DNA of 48,861 nucleotides, counting the filler, from Jimgerdemannia flammicorona (Eukaryota): the NCBI GenBank assembly GCA_003990765.1. It is 2 parts of 2 records of this genome, joined end to end, with 100 filler letters (N's around TTAATTAATTAA, not from the genome) between each part and the next. Parts side by side here need not be neighbours in the genome. Positions count along the whole stretch, not along the records: positions 1 to 24,385 come from RBNJ01000982.1; 1 more part is not named here. The stretch is one strand, 5' to 3'. Below, piece by piece: positions 1 through 13,674 of this stretch. Position numbers and translations under genes: made by a program. Under the pieces are notes generated by a model. That model was not told where the DNA came from. It did not search any database and saw only the letters and a program-made list of their open reading frames with translations. Within the stretch, counting starts at the first letter, position 1. Each line of letters opens with the position of its first letter.

Positions 1-1172
1 AAAAAAAAGGAGGGATAAACGATCGAAAGAGACGACGCAAAGGTCAGTTAAAGGAGCTCTAACGCCGCTGATGGGTAGTGTAGGTCCTATGTAGGTCCTC
101 CTGATCATATTCCGTGACTCACTCCTATATTAATGATTTAACAAAACGCATCTCTCTCGCGCATCAGCGGCTTCATTTACAAACTTATCGGCGTCAAAAC
201 GGAACCAGAGGCCAGAGGACATCTCCTATCCTGCGGGACACGAAACCTAGCGACAAGGATTGGTCTCGCTTTACAGACCGTAATCGCATCCCAAATTTTC
301 GCATCAATTATTTTATTTTATTTTTCAGAACCATTTATACATCTTTTGACCAAAACTCGGAGGCTTGCCCTAGGCCACGTTGTAAAGTGGCGACTGTCTG
401 TCGTATGTGTGTATATTTTCCCGTCAACGATTTCTTCAAGTTGGTTAGCCTCTAGAGTGGTGGTAAAAATTATTATTTATTGAGGCGCTACTGGCACTTT
501 GCTCCTAATATGTTTTTACATCGCGATTGACGTATGGGCGTTCCTCCAGATGACCAAATGAGTAAAGTGACGGGGGAAAATGAGTTTAAGGTACTGATAT
601 CTAGCTTCCAATCGGCCGTAAACTTGGTTGTCTTCACTAAAGAGAATGTGCGTCGACAACAAACAGAATGGTTATACGCTTTAAAGAACTCCTCAAATAA
701 CAAACTTCTTGAGAGTAACAGTTCCTATGCCACAACTCGTATCAAGTCTAGAAAGCGATGGCAGAAGTGTTCTCGACAACTACAACGACAAAATATCGTT
801 CGTGGAAAAATGCCAATATATTTTTGGTTGGAATTCATCAGGTTTTTCTTGTCGATATGGGATTCAGGTGCATCCGCAATAGTTTGTAGCACATGCCAAC
901 CTCGGATAATGATTGATAATTCTAGTGGCTGGTGGCCCCGATGCGAACGCGGTAGATACCAATGACGAATGGAACTTCGTTCACATTCCTGAACCGTGGC
1001 AATTCGGCGCTCAACACATAACAAAAGGACAATATATCTGGGGCTAGAGCTGTTAAGATCCAAAGAACGAGACGACCATTAAGTGCGACTTGCATTGGAG
1101 CGTTGATCACTTTGCCACTCCTCCACTTCATCACTTCGCATTCCTCCAACTTTCGGCAAACTTCGACAAAAC

Positions 1173-1622
1173 ATGCAAAACCCATCGCCACCTCCCGTCG
1201 CAAGCTCTGCCACAAGAAGCAACGAGTTGATCATCAAATGCCACCTGGTAGACGGCCTACCGGGCGCTTTGGCACCCTCCGGGTACGCCATAGCAATGAA
1301 CGTTCGCTAGCGTGTGTGGGTAGACGAGTCCCTCGGCATGTTTAGAGGGCGGCTAATGCGGTCGTTGCATTGCGAGGTAGAGGCGATGAAGTACCGCGAC
1401 GAGGATGGCATGGTGGTGGTGGTGCGGGACGAGAACGGATGGGAGGTGTTCAAGGAGTTCGCAAAGGGACGAGAGGTGGACGCTTACTGTTTTGCGGAGG
1501 ATCCAGGACTGGGTGGTTGGTCTTGTGTGGCGTGCTGTCCCTGTTTGTGCGTGTGCGCGTGCCTGATCTGTGCTGTGCACCGTTTTCATGAGATAATGCT
1601 GAGGGTAATGGGGGCGATGTAA
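1173..1622 (+). pseudogene. PB1-like domain protein with Cys-rich C-terminus, paralog of 2770..3435, interrupted by one in-frame TAG at 1308-1310
   Basis: ATG 1173 reads MQNPSPPP...ELIIKCHLVDGLPGALAPSGYAIAMNVR*RVWVDESLGMFRGRL...KYRDEDGMVVVVRDENGWEVFKE...CVACCPCLCVCACLIC. It aligns without gaps to the neighbouring gene across the stop. KYRDEDGxxVxVxDExxW resembles the PB1 OPCA motif. Alternative: a 63-nt GT..AG intron (1248-1310) would remove the stop. Confidence 0.55.
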
Positions 1623-2227
1623 ATGTAAGCCGGAGGTTATTATTCATAATAGGAGGCACGTTCCATTCCCAAATCCATGTACCGGTGTCATCCAACGCCA
1701 GATTGATCTGGGTAGCTGGGAAATAAGCAGGCGTAAGAAACGTCAACATACAACATGTAGTCTAAGTGGGGATCGCGAGTCCGGCCATACAATTTATTTT
1801 CGGTTGAAAAACATCTGCATATTAGCGAGGTACATTCAATTAGGCGTATGTATTTCGTTGCAATGCCCTGGGCGAACAGCCGTTAGTATCGCCAACGAAA
1901 TTCAGCGATACTAGCAAATTTAATGTGCACATGCAAGGTGGCGCGGACCCCAAAGCATGCATGAGTCCAACAAACTTTGGAATACTGCTGCATGCTGTTC
2001 TACATCATGATGTATGGCAAATGTTACAAAATAAGTGCTTATTAAAACTAAAGGAGGCGTGATTCCTACCGGTTGAGAGTTTACAGTGCGTCTCGAACAT
2101 GTCACGGTTGTCGAGGTAAACACATAAGACCGCCAACGGTCGGATATCACGGTCTGCGCAACTTTTAGTTGGAGTGTCTCACCAGCATTGTAATTACTTG
2201 TTACAAAATCCTCGTCGGTCTCACCTA

Positions 2228-2266
<39 letters not shown>

Positions 2267-2769
2267 TAAAAAAAATAAAAAATAAACACCCCTACTCCCC
2301 ATAATCAATGTTCTTTTGGACACATGCTTGAATGCATTATCGACTTTACTGTAACCTTTACGAAAAATTCTGGGATCTAACAATATTTTGCGGGAATCAC
2401 AATGACGCCGCAATTGAGTCTCCTACCATGAGATGACTGATGATATGAGTGACCCTTTCCGTTGGATTCTGCCCAACGCCTACCCGAGGACAGTAAATTA
2501 TGGAACCCGTAAAAAGGGGGCAGAAATTCAGAAGCCAGCAAGCAACATAAAACCACCTAACCAGATCACGAATCAGTCCCACATGGCGATGCCTGTATTT
2601 TACATGCGGCATCGTAACGCGGATTTGCCGCATATAAGCGACGCCACGGGGATATCACAATTTCCAACGAAACATTCGAATATTGCGTCGACCTAAGGAG
2701 GGGTTTTCGTCAAAACAATTGTTATCAGTCCTTTCTTATTTCACGGCCTCCTCCTTATCATCAAAAGCC

Positions 2770-3435
2770 ATGAACTATCTCAGATCTTACTGGGCTGGAG
2801 CGCCCGCGACAGTCACCCCGACCAAGGCCGATCCCGGCACCGCCAGCACTAGTGCCATTGACGCGCCCGTACCCCACCTCCGATTCAGTTGCCATCTGGC
2901 AATCGCGTTGTCGCTCAAGAACCCGCCGCGCCAGTACATGACACATCGCGACGTGGATCTCTGGCTTCCCGCTGCTGTGACGTTGGACGAGTTCCTCAGG
3001 AAGTTGGACGACGATTTCGGGTACCGGGTCGGGTTGGTACGGTACCTAGACAGGAGAGGCCGGGAGGTGACGGTGGAGAGCGAGGACAGTTGGCGCACGT
3101 TTAAGGAGATGGGGGTGACGGACGTGTACTGTTGGACCGAGCCGAAGACCCTGATGGAACCCGAGTCCCAGCAGATCGATGTTAGAGTGGCAAAGAGGAG
3201 AAAGAGGAGGGTCGCGATTGATTGGAGGCTTTTTGCGCGCGGGGTGACGGTGACGATGTTCATGTGTTGTGGAGTTGTGGGGTGGTTTATTGTCACAGTC
3301 GCAGTGGTGACGTTCTTCACGGCGGATGCGATGGTGCGACTTGTGCTGTTACTTGGGAGGACGTGGATGATGTTGGCGGGGCTTTGGGGCGTGGTGTTGA
3401 TGAAGTTGGGATTCAGCTTCGAGAATAGGGAATGA
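2770..3435 (+). CDS. Hypothetical membrane protein with PB1-like domain and C-terminal hydrophobic helices
   Basis: Single-exon ORF from ATG in GCCATG context. Contains TLDEFLRKL...RYLDRRGREVTVESEDSWRTF (PB1-like), a basic patch KRRKRR and about two hydrophobic segments. Strong GC3 bias. Confidence 0.75.
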   Translation: MNYLRSYWAGAPATVTPTKADPGTASTSAIDAPVPHLRFSCHLAIALSLKNPPRQYMTHRDVDLWLPAAVTLDEFLRKLDDDFGYRVGLVRYLDRRGREVTVESEDSWRTFKEMGVTDVYCWTEPKTLMEPESQQIDVRVAKRRKRRVAIDWRLFARGVTVTMFMCCGVVGWFIVTVAVVTFFTADAMVRLVLLLGRTWMMLAGLWGVVLMKLGFSFENRE

Positions 3436-3711
3436 GAAAATACGATCCAGAGAACATCAAAACGTGTAGTACCGTAACCTGCGGTAAATATGTTAGATCC
3501 TGCATCATTGTAAGATGCCACCAATATCAAGAAGCTATTCGCACTACATTTATTTTATGAAAATGACCTCTTTTCTAAAAATGCGATTCTGCAAACCTGC
3601 AAACCTGTAAAACTTTCGAAAAATCGATGACGTCACGTCAGTTGATTTTCGGGTCAAACAAAGCCGGTGGCTGTGGCTTTCTCTTCCTTGACACTCCCCG
3701 CGACCCACCAA

Positions 3712-4577
3712 ATGGTCTACATCGACTCGTGGGACGAGTTCCAGAAGGCCTCTGAGGAGCTATATCTGGGCGCCCCGCTACACGTAAGTACAACCCGCCC
3801 TTCGCTCATTGCTCAACTAGGTGGCCGCCGTAATTGACATGCACCCCCCCCCCCCCCCCCCAGACGCGATACGTCACGAGCTACAGACATGCCGACGGGA
3901 AGTTGATCCTCAAGGTCACCGACGACCGGACGGTAGGTCTTTGTTTTGTGGTTGTTATCGCTGGCATTCAGCAAGGGAGACACTCTCCTTTTCTACAAGT
4001 CGACGCTATCGAGCTGATCCACCCCTCCTCCATTCGCGTTGCCAGTGTCTCATGTACAAGACCGACCAACTGGCGGATCTGAAAAGGTTCGACCGGCTCA
4101 ACAGGTCGCTGATGAACAAGATACAGAACAGGTCCATCGTTCCCGAGGCTGAAGGTGAGCGTGCGAAATCTTTGGAGTTTGTGTTGGAGTACAACGTGTC
4201 GCAGTTGCGAGGCAGAACGAGAATTTCTGATAAGAACCTGTTGGTGAAGCATTGGAGTATTGTATGGGCGACACCTGTTTGAGGATAGAATGGACGCTGG
4301 AAATCAGGAGCGTAAAAAAGTGCTCGAACACCTACGACACCCACCAACACCATCTCTTAGTCTTCATCCACATAATTCACTCCTCATCTTGCCCACCGCA
4401 GCCTCCGAACCGACCCCCGCCCCGGCCGCCCAACCCGTCGCAGCGGCCGCCAAACCCGCCGCAACGGCCGCTACCTTCGCCTCCACCGGTCCGCAGATCC
4501 CTGTCGTAGTCGCGGCGTCGTCCATAACCCCGACTCCGTCGCCCAAAATAGGAAAAAAGAAGAAGGGGAAAAGGTAG
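3712..4577 (+). CDS. SRP9: Signal recognition particle Alu-domain subunit SRP9/SRP21, 4 exons
   Basis: Exons 3712-3783, 3864-3932, 4046-4154 and 4402-4577 with GT-AG introns give MVYIDSWDEFQKASEELY...TRYVTSYRHADGKLILKVTDDRTCLMYKTDQLADLKRFDRLN..., the SRP9/21 signature, plus an Ala/Pro-rich tail ending KKKKGKR. Confidence 0.93.
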
Positions 4578-6691
4578 AAGGACATTGCTTGTGTCGTTTG
4601 CGCTTTGACCGACCGTACATGGGTGAGGGAACGGGGCCGGGGGTCGAGTTGGTGGCAGGTTCGTGGACAAAAGGAGTTTGTACGTTGTTGTCGCCCGACG
4701 TAGCGGACAAACCTGGGACGTAATTATTTGTAAGGTGTGCCGTCATCGCAGCAAATAGACGTTGGACGTGTAGCGCTGGTTTGGATGGTGAAGTTGAGGG
4801 GTTTTGTTAGATGAAGAGGATTACTGTAATCTTGCCTATTTTTCTGAATATATCAGCGGGCGACATTTATGGTACGTGCTCTTCGAGCAGTTTTACGAAC
4901 GTACCATAGTAAGTGCGCACACAAATATCTTTTGCGGACGGAATGGATATGTGTTGGGGAAGTTGCAAAGATCCTGTACATCTATCTAGTATTTACATAA
5001 TCTATAGTGTCCGTGCAACAAAGCACGTCTACTGAATGGCCAGACCCCACCGCCGCCCGCTCACTACACCTCCTCAGACTTCATGACCTGCTCCCTTATC
5101 CTGTCGCCTGCCACAGCAGGCTCTTGGTGAGCTCTCGCTTTTCGCCGCACGTCTAGCGGTCTTGTCTTCGATGGTTGAAAACACGGGCAGAGGATATGAA
5201 CGAACCCATCCCCACTCCTCATGAAATCGGCCTTGGAATCCACGAATTCGAGGGTTGCGATGAGGTGTACGACGACGTCGTTCCGGCCGTTTTTTACCTT
5301 GCTTAGCTCCCGCAACCTCTGCTCCCACCAACACCTCCGCTCCCACCAACACCTCCCACCATTATCCCCTCGCCGTCTTAGCCGTGGCCTCGGATCCTGG
5401 GGAATTGTGAATTAATCTGCCGCCTTGAAACTCTCGCATTCTATCACGACCATCCTTATCGTGGACATTTAATGAACCATCGATCGTTTATGCCAATCAC
5501 ATGGATGGATCGACGATCCTCTCAACATTCCCACGAGAAGTGCAATTGGCCAGATCACACCACCGCTTGAAACCCTCTTACTGAATGAAGATGTGTACTT
5601 TTTTTTTTTTTTTTTTTTTTTTTTTGAAAGTAACATCCCCATTACCTCCTCATCCCGGTCAATCGTTCATCTCTTTCTCTGTCGTTTCGACACGTGAGGA
5701 CGCTGAACAGTTCCAATCTCCCGACCTTGGTGTTCTTGCAGAGTTCATGATGTCTGGGCTGATAACCTCATTCATATGTAAGATTTGATTGAGAGTAACA
5801 AGTGGCTTAAGCCTGGTGACTGGTTTGCCACGTGATCGGTTTCACAAGTGTCCAAGGAGGCCCTACTATCATATAATTAGGTTGTATATATTGTATATAC
5901 CTTATTATCACATTTTGTTAAGTGTACTGCCTTTGGATATAGTCCAGCTTTATACGTGGAAGGTAGATCGACAATTCTGTAGGAGTAAATTGTTGAATAG
6001 TCATTTCGCAAAGCTTGCGGCAATTATGTTTCGAAGTATGCAAGCCTAGCAGATTTAACACAGGATTATAGACGAAGCACAATTTCATTAATTCGCGTAA
6101 TGTTGCCAGAACACCTGATTTCAGAACGGAAAGAATTCTTAGTCTTCAGGAAAGGGATCGCATTCGACAGCTTAGCGGTTTGTTCGATGGAAAGTTTTCG
6201 GGCGCCGATCACTGATCTGTCATCCCATGATCGTGAAACCACGGATTTGGTAGGGCAGCTATTACCTCTTCGAAGTTTACAAGCGTCTTGACGTCTAAGC
6301 TCCAATGGCGAAAATATGATAATGGACGAAGTAATCTTACCCGCAGGAAAAAGATGCCTTATAATGTAAACTGCGGATTGGGCGCCCGCGATCACGGTGC
6401 ATTTGGAGTTTCGAAATAACACGGGCGTCTGCTCGATTGTAATTGTGGTGAACTTTTGCAAACCCGCACGGTCATTTCGCACCCCACAATAGTTTGAGTT
6501 TTACTCGGGTTCAGAAACATGCATAGCATTATTTTGTGGTCATTTAAATGCATTGATTGGGCCTGACCCATAGTGATATGTATAGTGTGCGAGTTACAGA
6601 TTATTTCTAACTAATGAATCAATTATGAATAAAATATCTGTGCCGTCTAGCGAAGATCTACATTTCTTAAGTTGGTCAATTGGTCGACATC

Positions 6692-7790
6692 TCAAGCATG
6701 CTGAAGGCCATAGGTGTTCATATCGACGGCACCCTTCTCGCCATTGCTGGTGCGGGCCTGGAGATCGGCGTTGTAGGAACGAATGACGATGATGAAGTAA
6801 ATCTACAGAAAGTTCGCGGAAAGGAAATTCACAAGAGGGTCAGATGGCCTAATTCATTCCGAAACGTCTTACGAGCGGCTGAAAATTCGACTTGATTACT
6901 GCTTACCTGGAAGGCCAGACCAATAATGTAGGAGATGATCCAGCTGACCAAGAAACTATCGACAAAACCGATGTTGCAGTCGATATGAGGTGTGGTAACG
7001 TTGGCCTGAGCGGCTTCGCATTGGTTTACGGCGTTGTTGTAGATTGCGCGCAGCTCGACCTCCTCGATAATGATAACTATCACCTGCACCACAAGGTAGT
7101 AGATGGCAGCAATGGTGAACAGCTTAGTGAACCTTGCGACATGGAAGGGAAGTTCCTGATGTTGTTTTTAGGTGGAGCATGGTACACAAAGGTTAGAATG
7201 TTGCGCGTCGGTCAGGATGAAATCAATAGTTGATGGAATAATAGGTATTCTTACCTTGTAAATGGCGTAAATGCCATAGAGAGAAACGAGGCCAGCCAGG
7301 GCATACACGACACCAAGCACTTTGAGGCCAACCCAGAGAAAGCTTCCTATCAGATAGCAGAGTTACAAAGCCGAATTAAAGTGGTTACAAGGAGGAGCTA
7401 ACCAACTTCAAGGATACCAAGTCAACCGGTGATAGTCCACTTACCACCATAGGGGACGAGGACGAGTGCGAAGCCTGCATACATATACCAAACCTATTAA
7501 TCAAAGTTGGGGCAAGGCACCGAACGTTAGACAATGAGTGCAGACCAGAGGTCAGATCGGTCTATGCTGTTTGGATCTTGATGACACGTAGTCGTACCAG
7601 CATCCAGGTGGCAATGATCAAAGCGCCAATTTTCAGCGGAACCATGAAGCTATTTTGATCGAATGGAATGCCCATGAGTACACCATCCGTCGATGGAAAT
7701 CATTCTATAGGATATACAAGCTAATTACCAGCAATTGCCGACAACGGGGATGCGGCGACGAGATTGATTGGGTTGGTTTGCAAAGTCCAT
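6692..7790 (-). CDS. Four-transmembrane (tetraspan-like) protein, 6 exons
   Basis: Manual splicing gives MDFANQPNQSRRRIPVVGNCCFMVPLKIGALIIATWML/VWYMYAGFALVLVPYG/GSFLWVGLKVLGVVYALAGLVSLYGIYAIYK/ELPFHVARFTKLF...NQCEAA...IDCNIG...GLAFQ/IYFIIVIRSY...QHA*. Four hydrophobic segments, a Cys pair in the large loop, canonical splice sites in consistent phase. Confidence 0.8.
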
Positions 7791-10700
7791 GGTAGTGCTA
7801 ACAGTTCAAATGGTGTGTGTGGTAAGCTGAATTTGGTTATCTTCAGAGGAAGGGAAGAGCAAACTGGAAGACAAAGGATCGCAATGAAGGGCGGGCTTTT
7901 ACGTCAAAAACCCATTAACGAAATGGGGTTGGGAAATTTAAGGCGAACGTGCTCGCTTGCTATAAGGATTGTAATTAGATATTGATCCTTACAAGGCTAT
8001 CTATGAGCTATGCAGGTCACGCTCGATATGTCTAGACTACCATGGAGTCACCCGTGTTGCGGAACACAACACATGGTTGTCTGCCGATAAGGAGTTCGAC
8101 TGACTTTACGAAATTGATCCCTGGAAAATAAAGTCCCTATTTATCACTATTTTAATGTTTTATATACCGAAAAAGTATTCTAACTTTAGCGTGGGAGTCG
8201 CGTGCTCAAACATTTAAGGCCTTTCATTTCCACTGTCTATTTCGCTCTCGCACTTTAAGGTTAAAATCGCTGCAGCTGCCAAGTAGGAAAGACTGAAACC
8301 GAGGTTTCCAGCTACCATCTGTGCACAGATTACTCTTTAATCGGTTAAAAAAGGGTCGAAGGGTCGAGCATTGACGTAAACCCTGACAACCCGCTACAGA
8401 ACCAATATGGCCAGCCCACGAGGGTCATAACCTCGGTAATAAGAAATTTGTGTGACATAAACCCGAAACTGGCATGGGAAACGCACAGGACATGGTGCCC
8501 AGGGGATAGCTTGTATTCAGATCAATTTCCGAACGGAATATTCACTACTTCGGCGTTTTATTGAACTATTTAAAGTGGTTTGAAAACGGCAACGTGTGTA
8601 AACGAGAACACTTACTTTTACCATTTAATTACACTTTGTTTATCCAAGGAAGAAAAAAAAAAAAGAAAAAAGAAAAAGAAAAAGAAATTCTGACTTCTAA
8701 AACTGGCGGAATTCCGAGACAGGTTTTACTCTTGAAATTGTTATACGACCGCTTATGAATAAATGGATGAATTTCAATAGTTAATGCCTGGTAGAACTAC
8801 TTGTTTTCCCTAAAGAAAAGATTTTCTTCTTTTTTGTCTTTTTATTTTATTTGCGATGTCTTTAATTTTTGATGGTCGCCGTTGACCGTGTTCGTCGTTT
8901 TTATGCCACCTCCAAACAAACGGAAGGTTTCAGTGTTATTGATTGGTAATAGCTGATCGAAGCTGATATACAATTTTGCTGAGCATCTGGCAGAGTAGTT
9001 TTCCAAGGAAAGATTTTTCGTGACATGGCTGAAAGAATATACTTGCAACTATTCTCTCACAAAGGGCATCTCCTTCGTAGTTTCGAAAATCCGTTGTGTA
9101 TTGCGATTATGACGAAAGCTCAGTCGCTCCTGGCTTCCGAAGATCTGCACCTTTTTTTTTTTTTTTTTTTTTTTAAAAAAAACCTCGAAATCGAATGAGG
9201 GTATTTACACCCCAATGCAATTATCGACCCCTTGATAGGATTAGTATATATCAGATGCAAACAAAAGTCATCTGTCAGTCCTAGCAAATTTAGAACATAT
9301 GCAGGGGTGAGATGACACACAGCCAGGTACCTGGGGTATATATTGCTTATGGCATAGGAATCGGCTTATGATACTCGGAAAAATAAATAAAAACAAATAG
9401 TAATATTAAAACGAAATGGGGCTCGGCCTTATGTCGAACGACTGACGGGGGATAACCCGAATTGGAAAGCTTCCCTGAAAGAGCAGTTTCAAACGTGAGG
9501 CAGTAGCAGGAGCACTCCAGTATCTCTTTCTTTTCTGGCCTTGCCATAGCACACCCATAGCACACTTCATTTCGAGACCCTAACTCTTCCTCTGTCCAAC
9601 ACCCCCTCCCCCCCTTCTCCCCACACGCTCTACCAATTCGTTAGCGAAGACACTGCTTCCAAGCTCCTTTTTTCATACGCTTCGGCTCGTTAGACAGGTC
9701 GAGGGTCACGGATAAGGCATACAACCCTGAACGACACCGCGACCTTGCGTGCGTGCTCGTCCTCTTCCCTCTGGGACTTGACGTCACTATCCCGACCCAG
9801 AAATTAATTTTGCTTTTCCATCTGCAAGCTTTGTCATTTGATCTATTCGTTTTCCTTCCGGCTTTTTCTATTTCTCGTTTCTCAAATTCACAAGACTCTT
9901 TGTGTCTCTGAAGGTTGGGCTTTCTGTAGCCATGATAAATATTTATAGTTTACGATAGGCTATCAAAAAAAAAAAAAAAAACATAAATAAAAGAACGCAA
10001 CAGCTGTTTTTTTTTTTTCTTTTTCTTTTTCCCTTTTTGCGAAACAACGGGAACGCTCTGTCACCTTGAGGAGAGTGTGGGGGTAAGACTCATGACTGTT
10101 CACCAGACACCTTTGAATAGCATTCAACCTAAAGTTATTGTATCACGTACCACATCCGCGCAAGTACAAAACGTATCTGTGCTCTGGCCAGTTTGAGATC
10201 CGCTGATTTCTCAACGTATCATCGGTCTATATCGTGATGAGATTGGTCAACGCTGCTCTGAAGGCGTACGTACCAATAAAGGGGTGGGGAGCGGGGGGTT
10301 TCCCAACAACTTGTAAAACGATCGCCGTCTTGTGCGCCACAACCTTACTAACACGGATGTATCCGAAGATCTTTGGTGCACTGGCTTATGTGATCAGAGT
10401 TTCTTGGAGCTTCCCACGTACTTGTTTTCAAAAAACTTGTTTGAACAACCAAAACGGGTCTACTTCGTCATAGGTTCGTGTGGTCCAAGCCCGGTCACTC
10501 CCCTAATCAAGCACGCGTTTGGCCTGAGCAAAATTGGCTAATCCGCACTACGTGTGTTGGCTGGAGAGTCGAAAGTGCATAATCAATCTTGCCTGTACCA
10601 TCAGCTGATAGAACCCAATGGCCAGTTTCCATTCTCGCGTCATAAGCATCAGATGGTTTTTACAAGTGAATTGTTCCTTTTATCCTTCATCCTTCCTTTC

Positions 10701-11469
10701 TTACGAAGGAGAGGAGTCCATATATTTATATTGCGGATAGCTAATATCTCAGTTACGAGTAAATACTTGTAAGTTGTGTAATTGTATTAAGACAATCATG
10801 AGCAATTATTCCAATCTGAGTAGTGAGTAAACTACAGGATGAGTGCAGAAAATTCGATAAAAATGTCCTAGCACAGCCCCAGATCTATTGAAATGGGAAA
10901 ACATGCCTAGACTGTTCTGTATATACAAGAGATGAATTTTCATTGTAGTACACTGGCGCGATAGAGAATTTAGCAACGGAATCCCGTTTCCGGATAGCGA
11001 CATCTCTAGGTTTGTTGATGAGGTCAGTCACGGCATGTGTCGTTCCGAAGCTCTAGCTTTCTACTGCGACGCGCTAACTACAATATGCTCTCGATAGATA
11101 CACCAGACCCCAAGGAAATGATATCAATGTGGTTTAAGTGGAGACAGGTCCATACGTGATGAAACCGACCGAGTGAGAAACATGGATTTAAATTGCAAAG
11201 ATAAAAATAACAAATTCGGAGTGGAGACAAATGATACAGGATTGTGCACATCGCCTTTTGAAGATTATTTCTCCCTTTTTATCGCCGCAGGTAGGGCAAG
11301 CGCAGATATTAAATATGTACGAGATAATTAATGAATATATGATATATGTGCAAATTGATAAACAACTGTTTGAGACGTGGGTAGCAGCCACTAAGGCAAC
11401 CCGTGACCAGCAATGGGAACGGCTAAATTCGTCAAACTAACCGGGACGAGACAAGAGTGTCAATGAAGC

Positions 11470-12084
11470 TCATGCCATGACCAGCATCGATAACCCGATA
11501 TACAACAATGTCCGTGCAATCAGCATCGCCTGCGATAGCCGAATGACGGACGCCCCGCTTTCTGCCGAGTCCGCCGTTGCCGTGGGAGATATAAACTCGG
11601 TCGTTTTCGTCTCTGGTGGCGCCGTGTAGGTGACGACCGTAATGATAATCGGGGGCATGGTTGTATTGCCCGATGGGCTGTCGTTCGGGAGCAATGTGAC
11701 GTTTCCGTTGCTGATGTATTGGCAGTAAGTAGCGAACTGCATTGGGTCCCACACGGTGAGGTTCATCGTGGCCGTGCACTGGGTGTACACGGTGTAGAAG
11801 TTCGTGGCGTTGCAGAGGCACTTCAGCAGCAGCAGGTTCGTCTGCGCTTGCGCGGTCACCGTCGCTGGGATTTCTGGCTGGCATCCTACCACAAGTTGTG
11901 CGTAGCCATTGCAGGCGACGGACGAGCTCGATGTGTTGGTGGTGTCGGCGGCGGTGCCCGGGAGAATCTGCAGTGGAGAGAATGTCACGGCAGGCAGGAA
12001 GAGAGTTGATGTTGGACGTTGTGCGTTGCTGATTGACGACATCAATAGACCGACAAACAGTACACAGAGAGAGGCATGTCTCAT
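11470..12084 (-). CDS. Secreted, probably GPI-anchored, Cys-rich Ser/Thr-rich cell-surface protein
   Basis: Signal peptide MRHASLCVLFVGLLMSSISNA, a six-Cys domain including CLC, several N-x-T/S sites, a Thr-rich stalk, omega-like SAESGA and a hydrophobic C-terminus. Confidence 0.82.
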   Translation of the reverse strand: MRHASLCVLFVGLLMSSISNAQRPTSTLFLPAVTFSPLQILPGTAADTTNTSSSSVACNGYAQLVVGCQPEIPATVTAQAQTNLLLLKCLCNATNFYTVYTQCTATMNLTVWDPMQFATYCQYISNGNVTLLPNDSPSGNTTMPPIIITVVTYTAPPETKTTEFISPTATADSAESGASVIRLSQAMLIARTLLYIGLSMLVMA

Positions 12085-13626
12085 GGGTGAGGTTTGGATT
12101 GCGCGTGCAAGGGCGGGAGAGAGTGGTTGAACGGAACACAGGAGAGAAAGAAGCAACTGGTAAAAAATATCCTAACTAAGACTAAGAATGACAGGCGTGC
12201 GTCAGTGTGTGGGTCAGATGAATTCCGTCCACTTGAGGTCTGTGCCACAGTTGTGCTCAGGGATATATGCATAATACTTTGGACAAATTACTATCTTGAT
12301 TCTGGGGAACTTCCACAGCCGCAGCCTTGTCGTATTGGGTTGGTTCGGGGAGTCGGACTCTGTCGTTGACTGAATCCCGATTTAGACACTAGGGTTAACC
12401 ATTTGACTTTGCAAAAACGGAATCAGAATTCCCCCCATCCAGCGCAGGGTCTGCACTTCTCTCCCAGTTTTCCATACTCATGCTATCCTCCTGAGCAAAA
12501 AAAATCTCTAACTTTACTGTCCAAATGCGGGTTATGTGGTAATATGCTACTGCAGTATATCTAGTATATCTATGGGGGCTGGCAGAAAATATCTTTTATA
12601 TGGGCAATTCGTAAATTGCTAGGCGCTCGTTTTGTCCAATCCGAACGGGAGAAAAGGGGGCAGGAGAAGGCAAGACTGGACAAACAATACAAACGGAATG
12701 GTGCAGCGTGTGATGGAAACGTAATGTTGATGAGTCAACGGGCGAAGTGGAATTACACATTACGCGATTGCTTGGCCAGACGAATAGCGCCATTGCCACG
12801 ACTGTCCAAGACTGATTTGGCACCGGAGTGACGGAATGGGCCGCTTCGGTGCCGATGGACGCAAATTTCGGGGTTTTGTGCCAGTCCCCTGGCTCGGCCA
12901 CCGACATTATGGAAAGTCACCTGGCCACCCCCCGAAATTAAATCGAAGAGCGGTGTGAGCTTGCCGACGGCGGGTTTCGCATAATTAACTGTGCTGGGCG
13001 AGCCTTCCGTCAGTAAAGACACAGACGGTCGCTAAATAAAGATACTATACACAGAGAAGGCCTGCCATCTTGCGAATCCGTTCATTACACCTGCTGTCGA
13101 TGAATATCTGAGTCTGACTGCGCCAGGTTGATACGTGCTTACATAGGGCATGTTTGTTGCTACCCAAACCTAGCTCCAAACACCCGAGTCACCAGCGTCA
13201 CAATTTTTTAATGATCGTGAAGGGTGATGATCTAGCTGCCAAGCATCATGTTCTCTGCATTTTTTGTCCGTTTCATACGCTTTGGGCACAATCATACACC
13301 AAGGACAAAGGGTTGCGCCGATATGGCTTCGTGCACTAAAAGAATTCTATGACCAAAGTATTGGAAACCAGCAACTATCGAATGCCTCTCTCTCTCTATC
13401 GAGATATAGGAGTATGTATGCCTGACCGATCAACACTCTGACATAATGACGGCGCGCCGCTTCCATCTTTGCGCCTTCCGCAAGTAATATTGAGGCAGTC
13501 ACCGGCATCATCCCATTCTTTACCATCTCAAAAACCGGTATTGTTCGTCAATAGCTTACGGTCCCACCAAGCGCTTATGAAATGCACGACGAAACGTCAG
13601 ATCGATTTTCTACATTGAGAAGCAAA

Positions 13627-13674
<48 letters not shown>

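Noticed and set aside
114..1063. ORFs 114..455, 534..965 and 725..1063
   Set aside because: No recognisable motifs, no codon bias and non-ATG or weak starts; likely intergenic.
1308..1310. Genome-wide TAG reassignment (alternative genetic code)
   Set aside because: SRP9 terminates at TAG and no other host gene here has an internal TAG; TE stops are explained by transitions.
5064..5400. Minus-strand 83-aa ORF with an 18-bp tandem duplication
   Set aside because: No ATG or convincing upstream exon and no recognisable family; cannot be supported as a gene.
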